In this document: positions 21,077 to 28,088 of the stretch, piece after piece | How positions within the stretch are numbered: position 1 is the stretch's first letter | Layout: the number at the start of each line of letters is the position of its first letter | Assembly: GCA_964463735.1 (NCBI GenBank) | Contig: CAYXDB010000001.1 | Location: forward strand, 1 to 51,548 | Source of the DNA: an uncultured Ruminococcus sp. | GTDB taxonomy: Bacteria > Bacillota > Clostridia > Oscillospirales > CAG-272 | Direction of reading: 5' to 3' | Length of the DNA: 51,548 bases | Translations under genes and position numbers: made by a program | Notes under the pieces: model-generated | The model's database searches: none | What the model saw: only the letters and a program-made list of their open reading frames with translations | Told to the model about the DNA's origin: nothing

Positions 21077-21817
21077 GTGACGTATATGTTTGAAAACTTC
21101 AGTTCTATTGCGATGCATTTCCTTTGTCTGCTCCTTGGGATCGGTGGGGGGCAGAACTTCCCTCCGCCGCTCCCGCATGACCAGGAACAGGCGCTGTTTT
21201 TGAAGATGTGTGACGGAGATGCCCAGGCGCGCACGACCCTGATCGAACACAATCTCCGCCTGGTCGCACACATCGTGCGCAAATACTATACCGCCTATCG
21301 CTCCCCCGACGATCTGATCTCTATCGGCAGTCTGGGGCTGATCAAGGCGATCGATTCCTTTGACTGCCACAATGGTGCGCGCTTTGCCACCTATGCGGCG
21401 AAATGCATCCAAAACGAGATCCTGATGTTCTTCCGCTCACAGAAGAAACTTTCCTGCGAGGTCTCAATCAATGAGACCATCGACGTAGACCGTGACGGGA
21501 ATCCACTGACCTACATCGACATCATCAGCAGTGAAGACACGATCGCCGATGATCTGGATATGAAACTACATACACAATATGCCCTGCGGCTCATCAAAGA
21601 AATATTGGACGCGCGCGAGAGGCGGATCCTGATCATGCGCTATGGTCTGACCGGAGAACTCCCCTTAGCACAACGGGAAGTAGCGCGTATGCTGGGTATA
21701 TCCCGCTCCTATGTCAGCCGCATCGAAAAGCGGGCGCTGGAAAAATTGCGAGAGAATTTTGAAGCACGGAATTTTTATCCCGAGGGGCATAAAAAAAGCA
21801 AAAGCGCCACGGTATAA
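21077..21817 (+). CDS. sigK: sporulation sigma factor, pro-sigma-K type (uninterrupted)
   Basis: LIEHNLRLVAHIV, DLISIGSLGLIKAI and ATYAAKCIQNEILM match B. subtilis SigK as I recall it. A hydrophobic ~20-aa pro-sequence places FPPPL at the same position as FPQPL in pro-SigK. SigE cannot be fully excluded. Confidence 0.7.
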   Translation: MTYMFENFSSIAMHFLCLLLGIGGGQNFPPPLPHDQEQALFLKMCDGDAQARTTLIEHNLRLVAHIVRKYYTAYRSPDDLISIGSLGLIKAIDSFDCHNGARFATYAAKCIQNEILMFFRSQKKLSCEVSINETIDVDRDGNPLTYIDIISSEDTIADDLDMKLHTQYALRLIKEILDARERRILIMRYGLTGELPLAQREVARMLGISRSYVSRIEKRALEKLRENFEARNFYPEGHKKSKSATV

Positions 21818-21877
21818 ACCGGGAGATATGATGCAAACTAAGGAATAGCAAGAGCAAATGCGAAAAGAGGTATTTTT

Positions 21878-22096
21878 ATGGTCATGGATAAGATAGCCCT
21901 GTTGCTGACGATCATTGGTGCCATCAACTGGGGCAGTATCGGTCTTTTCAGTTTTGACATCGTTGCCTGGATCTGCGGCGGGCAATTGAGCATTGCCGCC
22001 AGAGTCATTTATACGATCGTCGCTTTGGCGGGGGTATGGTGCATCTCCCTCCTCTTCCGGCCGGAAGAGGAAGGTGCCGTGACGGGGGCGCAGTGA
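21878..22096 (+). CDS. DUF378 small membrane protein
   Basis: 72 aa with two TM helices and LLTIIGAINWGSIGLF, the characteristic DUF378 motif. Confidence 0.7.
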   Translation: MVMDKIALLLTIIGAINWGSIGLFSFDIVAWICGGQLSIAARVIYTIVALAGVWCISLLFRPEEEGAVTGAQ

Positions 22097-22117
22097 TCCC
22101 CTGCCCCGTCAATACAC

Positions 22118-22153
22118 GCCAAAAGGCCCGCAGAGAACTGCGGGCCTTTTGGC
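22118..22153. terminator. bidirectional terminator
   Basis: 16-bp stem gccaaaaggcccgcag / ctgcgggccttttggc with loop agaa. Confidence 0.6.
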
Positions 22154-22164
22154 GCAAATACTTA

Positions 22165-23586
22165 TTACATGGACACCAGGGCAAAACGAAGAGCGAACAG
22201 CACAGCGATCACTGTGACAGGGATATCGGCCTTCTCATATTTGCCGGTGAAGAGGTGCAGGATCACATGTGCGGCACATGCGATCGCGATACCGTTAGAG
22301 ATAGAGTAGGTCAGCGGCATCATGACCAGGGCGAGGAATGCGGGGACAGCAGACGTGATATCGTCCATATCCACATCGCGGAAGCCCTTTAACATCAGGA
22401 CGCCTACATAGATCAGTGCGGGCGATGCAGCGCAAGCCGGGATGATCAAAGCCACGGGGGTCAGGAACAGGCAGAGCAGGAAGCAGGCAGAGGTGACAAG
22501 AGATGCCAGACCAGTACGCCCGCCAGCGCCAACGCCAGCAGCAGACTCTACGAACGTGGTGCAGGTGGAGGTACCCAGCACAGCACCGGAAACGGTAGCG
22601 ATAGCGTCGCATGCCATGGACTTGTCCATATCCAGCGGGTCGCCGTTCTCATCGATCAGGCCTGCGGCAGTTGCCGTGCCATACAGGGTGCCAATGGTAT
22701 CGAACATATCGACCAGGCAGAAGGTGATGACCAGCACGACAGCATTCACGATAGCGTCAAAGCCACCTTCAAAGATGGTGAAGCCCTGGAAAGCACCGAA
22801 GATACCGATCTCGCCAAATGCCTTAAAGGAGTCACCGATAGAGGTCATGTTGAAATCCGGAGCGGTCCAGGTGGTCAGATAATACAGAACGGTCACGATA
22901 CCGATGGAGAGGATCACAGAGACCTTAGACAGTTTCTCAGACTTATTGAACGCAGCCATCATGAACAGGCCAACGAAGCCGAGGATCACAGGGGCGATCG
23001 CCTTCCATGCCTCCAGGGCATTCTCCGCACCGCTCACAGCGCTGTGGAAGTCAAAGAACGCTACATACGTGTACTGGTTTGCCGTGACGATGCCAATGTT
23101 CTTGAAACCGATGAGAGCGATGAACAGACCGATACCGGCGGGGATCGCTTTTTTCAGGTTCAGGGGCAGTGCCTTAGCCAGATAAGCTCTGGCGCCGGTC
23201 AGAGAGAGGATCAGGAACAGAACGCCCTCCAGCAGGATGACACAAAGGCCTTCCCGATACCCTTTTACCGGATCCAGCAGATTCGGCAGGATGAAGGATA
23301 CAAAGAAGAAGGAGTTCAGACCCATACCGCAGGCCTGCGCATAAGGCAGGTTTGCATACAGGGCATACAGCACCGTACCGATCACAGCGACCAGGATGGA
23401 AGCAACATAGCTGGCAAGCCACACCTGATGCATGGGGCCTACGCCGGTATCCATAAAGCCAGTCATCTGGTTCGGGTTCGTTACCACGATATACGCCATG
23501 GCAAAGAAGGTGGTGAGACCAGCGATAATCTCGGTCTTTACGTTAGAACCGCGCTCGCTGATTTTGAAAAACTTGTCTAGTCCCAT
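22165..23586 (-). CDS. NCS2/AzgA-family purine (adenine/guanine/hypoxanthine) permease
   Basis: Start at MGLDKFFKISERGSNVKTEIIAGLTTFFAMAYI, the canonical AzgA/PbuG N-terminus. The 78 upstream in-frame codons are judged spurious. Confidence 0.85.
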   Translation of the reverse strand: MGLDKFFKISERGSNVKTEIIAGLTTFFAMAYIVVTNPNQMTGFMDTGVGPMHQVWLASYVASILVAVIGTVLYALYANLPYAQACGMGLNSFFFVSFILPNLLDPVKGYREGLCVILLEGVLFLILSLTGARAYLAKALPLNLKKAIPAGIGLFIALIGFKNIGIVTANQYTYVAFFDFHSAVSGAENALEAWKAIAPVILGFVGLFMMAAFNKSEKLSKVSVILSIGIVTVLYYLTTWTAPDFNMTSIGDSFKAFGEIGIFGAFQGFTIFEGGFDAIVNAVVLVITFCLVDMFDTIGTLYGTATAAGLIDENGDPLDMDKSMACDAIATVSGAVLGTSTCTTFVESAAGVGAGGRTGLASLVTSACFLLCLFLTPVALIIPACAASPALIYVGVLMLKGFRDVDMDDITSAVPAFLALVMMPLTYSISNGIAIACAAHVILHLFTGKYEKADIPVTVIAVLFALRFALVSM

Positions 23587-23753
23587 AAGTTTTTCCCTTT
23601 CATAAATATTTGTAATGAAGAAGCGGTGCCAGGCACGCCCCAACATAAAAAGCACACCTTTCCGAAAAAAAGCGCACAGAAATATGCAGGTGGCAATGCA
23701 ACGGGAATGGGAAAGCCATTCCGCCACACGATACCACTTTTCACCACACGACA

Positions 23754-23782
23754 AGTATAGCACACTTCCTACAAAAATGCAA
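23754..23782 (-). promoter_or_regulatory. sigma-A type promoter of the purine permease, giving a ~165-nt leader
   Basis: Minus strand TTGCAT, 17-nt spacer, TATACT. Confidence 0.45.
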
Positions 23783-23964
23783 TAGTTTTTCCAAAAAAAC
23801 GACAGATTATTTTCACACAACCTTCACATATGGCAGGGGGCGTTATGCACTCATATACTGTTTTTGGGGGGCGTGGAAGAATTCCACTTCTTTCCTGATT
23901 AAACACCTCCTTCCCTTGGCAACAATAATGGTGTAAAGGAAATATCTGAAAGGATATCATACAC

Positions 23965-24372
23965 ATGAACATACGCAGAGGGGATATTTATTATGCCGAT
24001 CTCAGCCCGGTCGTTGGCAGTGAGCAAGGAGGATTGCGCCCGGTCCTGATCATCCAGAACGATATCGGGAATCGCTACAGCCCGACGGTGATCGCCGCGG
24101 CGATCACCAGCCGCCTGAGCAAGGCAAAACTGCCCACGCACATTGACGTATACGCAAGCCGCGTGGGACTTTCCAAAGATTCTGTTATTCTGCTGGAGCA
24201 GATCCGCACCCTGGATAAACGCCGCCTGAAGGAAAAGCTGGGGCACTTAGACGAGGAACTGATGACGCTGGTGAACCACGCGATCTCCGTCAGCATAGGG
24301 CTGAACCCTTCCCCAGCCGCCAACACGCCGCCGCGCGTTTATGCACGCGTCGATGCCGCCACGACGGAATGA
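23965..24372 (+). CDS. mazF: type II toxin, MazF/EndoA (PemK family) endoribonuclease
   Basis: [44 protein letters not shown]...[13 protein letters not shown] is nearly collinear with B. subtilis EndoA (NdoA). It has a ~19-aa Pro/Ala-rich C-terminal extension. Confidence 0.9.
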   Translation: MNIRRGDIYYADLSPVVGSEQGGLRPVLIIQNDIGNRYSPTVIAAAITSRLSKAKLPTHIDVYASRVGLSKDSVILLEQIRTLDKRRLKEKLGHLDEELMTLVNHAISVSIGLNPSPAANTPPRVYARVDAATTE

Positions 24373-24406
24373 CCAACAGTTTTTGCGTATTTGTACCCCC
24401 AAAACG

Positions 24407-24436
24407 GTTGAAAAAACCTTTTGGGGGTTGTATAAT
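24407..24436 (+). promoter_or_regulatory. sigma-A type promoter of the thioesterase gene
   Basis: TTGAAA, 18-nt spacer, TATAAT. Confidence 0.5.
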
Positions 24437-24465
24437 AGTGGAAAACATATCTCACGGAGGTGCCC

Positions 24466-25185
24466 ATGCGCTTTTCTACTTCTTTTACCGTGAACTCACA
24501 TCTGTGCGACCGCAACGGTGTGCTCCGCCCCAGCGCCGCCATGACTCTGCTCCAGGAAACGGCCAATCTGCAACTGAATGCCTACCATTCTTCCTATGAT
24601 GAGATGCAAGCGGAGGGGCGCGCGTTCTTTTTGAGCAGTATGGCCATCCGTTTCTATGCACCGCTCCACGCCTATGAGACCGTCACGGGAGAGACCTGGG
24701 GGGTGGGGGGCAACGGCTATCGCTTCCCCCGCTATCATTGTCTGCGGCAGGAGGAACGCACTCTCTGCGAGGCTGTCAGCATCTGGGCACTGATCGACCT
24801 CTCTACCAGGCGGCCTTTGCGCACGGATGCCTATCACCCGCAGTTTACGTATGAAGAGATGCCGCCGTTCGCGGCGCCTGTCCGCCACTCGCTCCCGCGG
24901 GAGGGGATGGAGCAAGTCGGCACACATAGGGTAGCCTACCCGGATATCGATCGCAACCAGCACATGAACAACACGGCCTATGCGGACATGCTGTGTTCGT
25001 TTATCGACATGCGGGGCAAATGGGCGACTTCCCTCTTCCTCAGTTATCTATCTGAGGCGCCTGCCGGAGAATATCTATCCATTTTCCATTGCTGTACCGA
25101 AGACGGCACGCATCTATTCCGTACCGTGCGTGCCGATGGAAAGACCAATATCGAGGCCGCGCTCACGCTCGCTGACCTATCATGA
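24466..25185 (+). CDS. acyl-ACP thioesterase
   Basis: Start at MRFST, 5 nt after GGAGG. About 240 aa of double hot-dog type (DRNGVLRPSAAMTLLQETA..., DIDRNQHMNNTAY). Confidence 0.7.
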   Translation: MRFSTSFTVNSHLCDRNGVLRPSAAMTLLQETANLQLNAYHSSYDEMQAEGRAFFLSSMAIRFYAPLHAYETVTGETWGVGGNGYRFPRYHCLRQEERTLCEAVSIWALIDLSTRRPLRTDAYHPQFTYEEMPPFAAPVRHSLPREGMEQVGTHRVAYPDIDRNQHMNNTAYADMLCSFIDMRGKWATSLFLSYLSEAPAGEYLSIFHCCTEDGTHLFRTVRADGKTNIEAALTLADLS

Positions 25186-25296
25186 TGTCTCCCCCCGGTG
25201 CTACGCCATTGGGGGGGCGCTCTTTACTCATACTTCCCCCCTCCCCCTCATATACTGTATCAGAAACGGCAAGAATACAGGAAAAGAGGAAGAGGC

Positions 25297-26241
25297 ATGT
25301 TACACAAACCGGAAGGATACCTGATCGGAACACCTGAGAACCACGAATATCTTTCATCACTTACCGGCATAAAGCGCGCCATGGAAAAGCAGATGATCCT
25401 GGAATCCACGGCACTTGTATGTGACAGAGATCATACGTTACATTTTGACCTTTTTGGTATACGCGGGCGTATGCCGCGTAGTGAAGTACAGTACAGCCCG
25501 CTGGACGAGGAGACCAAGGACATCGCCATATTAACGCGCGTTGGGAAACCGACCTGCTTCAAGATCATTGGATTGCAACGAGAAGCGGACGGCACGCTCT
25601 CTGCCATTCTTTCCCGGCGCAGGGCGCAGATGGAATACTACACGAACAGCCTGCAGGATCTGATCCCCGGAGACATACTTCCGGCACGCATCACCCATCT
25701 GGAGACTTTTGGTGCCTTTGTGGACATCGGCTGTGGGATGATTGCCTTATTGCCCATCGATGCCATTTCTGTTTCCCGCATCGCACATCCCAAGGACCGG
25801 CTCTCAACGGGGGAACGCATCCATGTAGTGATCAAAAGCATGGACGACCGCGGGCGCATCTATGTGTCACAACGCGAACTGCTCGGCACCTGGGAAGAAA
25901 ATGCCGCGCTGTTCTCTGTGGGGCAGACGGTCGCCGGCATCGTCCGCAGTATCGAAAACTATGGGATCTTTATCGAACTTGCCCCCAATCTGGCCGGCCT
26001 CTCTGAGTGGAAAGCCGGCATCACGGTGGGGAGCAGTGCGGCCGTTTACATCAAGAGCATCATTCCGGAAAAGATGAAGGTCAAACTTGTCATCATCGAT
26101 ACCCATGTCCAGTTACCGGAGCGCAGTGCCCCGGAGTACTTTATAGACCTCCACCACACCGAGCACATAGATCACTGGCGCTATTCCCCGCACGGTTGCA
26201 CCAAAGTCATCGAAACATATTTTGGCCCCGGTACTTTCTGA
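25297..26241 (+). CDS. S1 RNA-binding domain protein (multiple S1 repeats)
   Basis: Start at MLHKPEGY after a GA-rich RBS. S1 motifs are GDILPARITHLETFGAFVDIG and GQTVAGIVRSIENYGIFIEL. Confidence 0.7.
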   Translation: MLHKPEGYLIGTPENHEYLSSLTGIKRAMEKQMILESTALVCDRDHTLHFDLFGIRGRMPRSEVQYSPLDEETKDIAILTRVGKPTCFKIIGLQREADGTLSAILSRRRAQMEYYTNSLQDLIPGDILPARITHLETFGAFVDIGCGMIALLPIDAISVSRIAHPKDRLSTGERIHVVIKSMDDRGRIYVSQRELLGTWEENAALFSVGQTVAGIVRSIENYGIFIELAPNLAGLSEWKAGITVGSSAAVYIKSIIPEKMKVKLVIIDTHVQLPERSAPEYFIDLHHTEHIDHWRYSPHGCTKVIETYFGPGTF

Positions 26242-26272
26242 CACATTCTATAAAAACCACCAGCAAAACGCA

Positions 26273-26301
26273 TTGACATTTCCTGCAAGCTATGGTATAC
26301 T
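26273..26301 (+). promoter_or_regulatory. consensus sigma-A promoter (extended -10) in front of a small unannotated ORF
   Basis: TTGACA, 17-nt spacer ending in TGG, TATACT. Confidence 0.55.
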
Positions 26302-26373
26302 ATCGTCGCAAGAAAGCCATCTGCCACAAACCGGCGGGTGGAGATAATAGCCGAACGGAGGATGTATCGATCT

Positions 26374-26517
26374 ATGCGCACCTATACCGCACCAGAGGTC
26401 CAGTTCCTGCACTTGCCCACGGTGGATATCGTCATGGCGTCTGACAACAATGAGTTGACGCAGGATGCGTTTTCCGCCCAAATGGACCATAAGTCCCTCA
26501 ATATCTTTTCCCTGTAA
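26374..26517 (+). CDS. candidate 47-aa small protein (MRTYTAPEVQFLHLPTVDIVMASDNNELTQDAFSAQMDHKSLNIFSL)
   Basis: Below the ORF-track size cutoff. GGAGG lies 12 nt upstream, and the ORF is bracketed by its own promoter and an 18-bp terminator. Coding status is unproven; it could be an sRNA. Confidence 0.35.
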   Translation: MRTYTAPEVQFLHLPTVDIVMASDNNELTQDAFSAQMDHKSLNIFSL

Positions 26518-26527
26518 ATGCAACACA

Positions 26528-26570
26528 CCGCAGGGGCGGCAACTGCTAAAAACAGTTGCCGCCCCTGCGG
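26528..26570. terminator. 18-bp perfect hairpin, bidirectional terminator
   Basis: ccgcaggggcggcaactg / cagttgccgcccctgcgg with loop ctaaaaa. Confidence 0.7.
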
Positions 26571-26582
26571 TATTCTTCTGTC

Positions 26583-27110
26583 TCAATAACGCGTGGGGCC
26601 ACTACGATCCACCGCGGAGGGGACGTGCAGGGCCATGAGGCGCAGGGCGCGACCGGTCGCCTCAAAGTAGACCAGGCACATCCGGTCTTTTTCGTCCGTT
26701 CCGAGGAGGCAGTACGCATCCGGCGTTTTCCGTGAGCCACGGAAGTCTTTTACGAGATCGACCGTGGGCGGTTCTTTTTTCCCTACGGGAAATACCGCTA
26801 TGATCTGCTTCAGCGGGATCGTGAGGACCTGCCGCCTGGCGCGATTGCCATAGATCTCAGAAAAAGATATGCTGTCGGATGTGACGGTATATTCGTGGAT
26901 GACCTGCACATATTTCCAGGAAAACCATATGACGATCCAGAGCAACAGGGGCAATATCGCTACCAGTTGGACGATCCCGGCGGCATACATCCCCAAAAAC
27001 CAGAGGACGGAAAAGAGAACATATCCTACGATCAAGCCTATGCGCAGATACAGATATTTCCCTTCTGTCTTCTGATCGACGGCATATTCCGTATAATTAA
27101 AATCATTCAT
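26583..27110 (-). CDS. membrane protein, two TM helices plus a ~100-aa soluble C-terminal domain, function unknown
   Basis: 175 aa with the hydrophobic hairpin LRIGLIVGYVLFSVLWFLGMYAAGIVQLVAILPLLLWIVIWF. It starts 17 nt after the upstream GTPase gene, so it is probably co-transcribed. Confidence 0.6.
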   Translation of the reverse strand: MNDFNYTEYAVDQKTEGKYLYLRIGLIVGYVLFSVLWFLGMYAAGIVQLVAILPLLLWIVIWFSWKYVQVIHEYTVTSDSISFSEIYGNRARRQVLTIPLKQIIAVFPVGKKEPPTVDLVKDFRGSRKTPDAYCLLGTDEKDRMCLVYFEATGRALRLMALHVPSAVDRSGPTRY

Positions 27111-27127
27111 ACAGGTCCCTCGGTCTT

Positions 27128-28078
27128 TTAATTGAAAGTAGCGATCTGCGCATCTTCCGGCAACGGATCGACCTTTTCACACTGCACCATATGCAAAATG
27201 GGCCCCTCAGAGCCGTAGAGCGCATGATACGCGATCTCCAGGCGCGCGGTCAGATCGACCCAGTCACCGGTCTTCCATGTGCAGGGGGTATCGCCGGTAC
27301 AGATCAGGCCGTGATAGGTGATGTCATTGGCGCAACAGGTCATCACATGGCGCCCCACGGCAAAAGACTTTTTGTCCAATTCTTTGTTGCGTGCGACCAC
27401 GCCGGTAAAATGCAGGACTTTACCGCGGTATTTCTCCATATCTTCCGACATGTCACGGTACCACAGCGCATAATCACGATCGGCGATCTGCACGATCGGA
27501 GCCTCTACATCGAACGGCAAAGGATCCTCGATCTCATCATACTCGATCGTATGGTCGTTATGTTCGTAGGCGATATTGGCAGAACGGGATAGCCCCCGCA
27601 CGACTTTGTGCAGGGCCATCTTATCTGCCACGGTATCCTCATAGCGGTTAAAGACGACCATTTCGCAATTTTGCAACTTGTTGGCGACCAGACTGCGCAT
27701 ATTGGCATTATACTGGAGGAAGGTAGTTGCGTCCGCCAGCATGATCTCCTGGTATATATACCAGTTCTCCGGCATGGCCTGGTAAAAATCTTCATTCATC
27801 CACATGCCGTTATACTCGACCATGATGCGCTCTGCCTGATATTTGCGTTGCAGGGCGGACAACTTGTCCGCATTCAACTGAGACAGTGTCTCAATATAGG
27901 CATAATACACGTTCTTCTGGGGATAGACGGTCAGATCATATTCTTCCATCCCCTCTTCACAGGCGAGGATCAATGTCTTCTCCCCGCTATTGAACCGCTC
28001 ATCCGCCAGCGTCTCCTGGATCAGCGTTGTTTTGCCCGCTTCCAGGAAACCGGTAAACATATATACGGAAATATCCAT
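27128..28078 (-). CDS. G3E (CobW-like) P-loop NTPase lacking the CxCC motif, fused to a C-terminal Cys-Cys domain resembling DUF1980/TIGR03943
   Basis: Walker A GFLEAGKTT at the N-terminus. The C-terminal segment FAVGRHVMTCCANDITYHGLIC resembles the CC motif of YcgQ-like DUF1980 proteins (from memory). Confidence 0.6.
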   Translation of the reverse strand: MDISVYMFTGFLEAGKTTLIQETLADERFNSGEKTLILACEEGMEEYDLTVYPQKNVYYAYIETLSQLNADKLSALQRKYQAERIMVEYNGMWMNEDFYQAMPENWYIYQEIMLADATTFLQYNANMRSLVANKLQNCEMVVFNRYEDTVADKMALHKVVRGLSRSANIAYEHNDHTIEYDEIEDPLPFDVEAPIVQIADRDYALWYRDMSEDMEKYRGKVLHFTGVVARNKELDKKSFAVGRHVMTCCANDITYHGLICTGDTPCTWKTGDWVDLTARLEIAYHALYGSEGPILHMVQCEKVDPLPEDAQIATFN

Positions 28079-28088
28079 GCGTGCTCCT

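Noticed and set aside
21077-21817. Possible skin-like intervening element in sigK.
   Set aside because: The sigma factor ORF is continuous from the pro-sequence through region 4, and there is no recombinase nearby.
23587-23820. 78-codon N-terminal extension of the purine permease ORF. Similar extensions occur on topB (32690..32872), yqeK (38906..39061), the LCP gene and pdaA.
   Set aside because: Canonical family N-termini with RBSs start downstream. The extensions overlap promoters, leaders or upstream genes.
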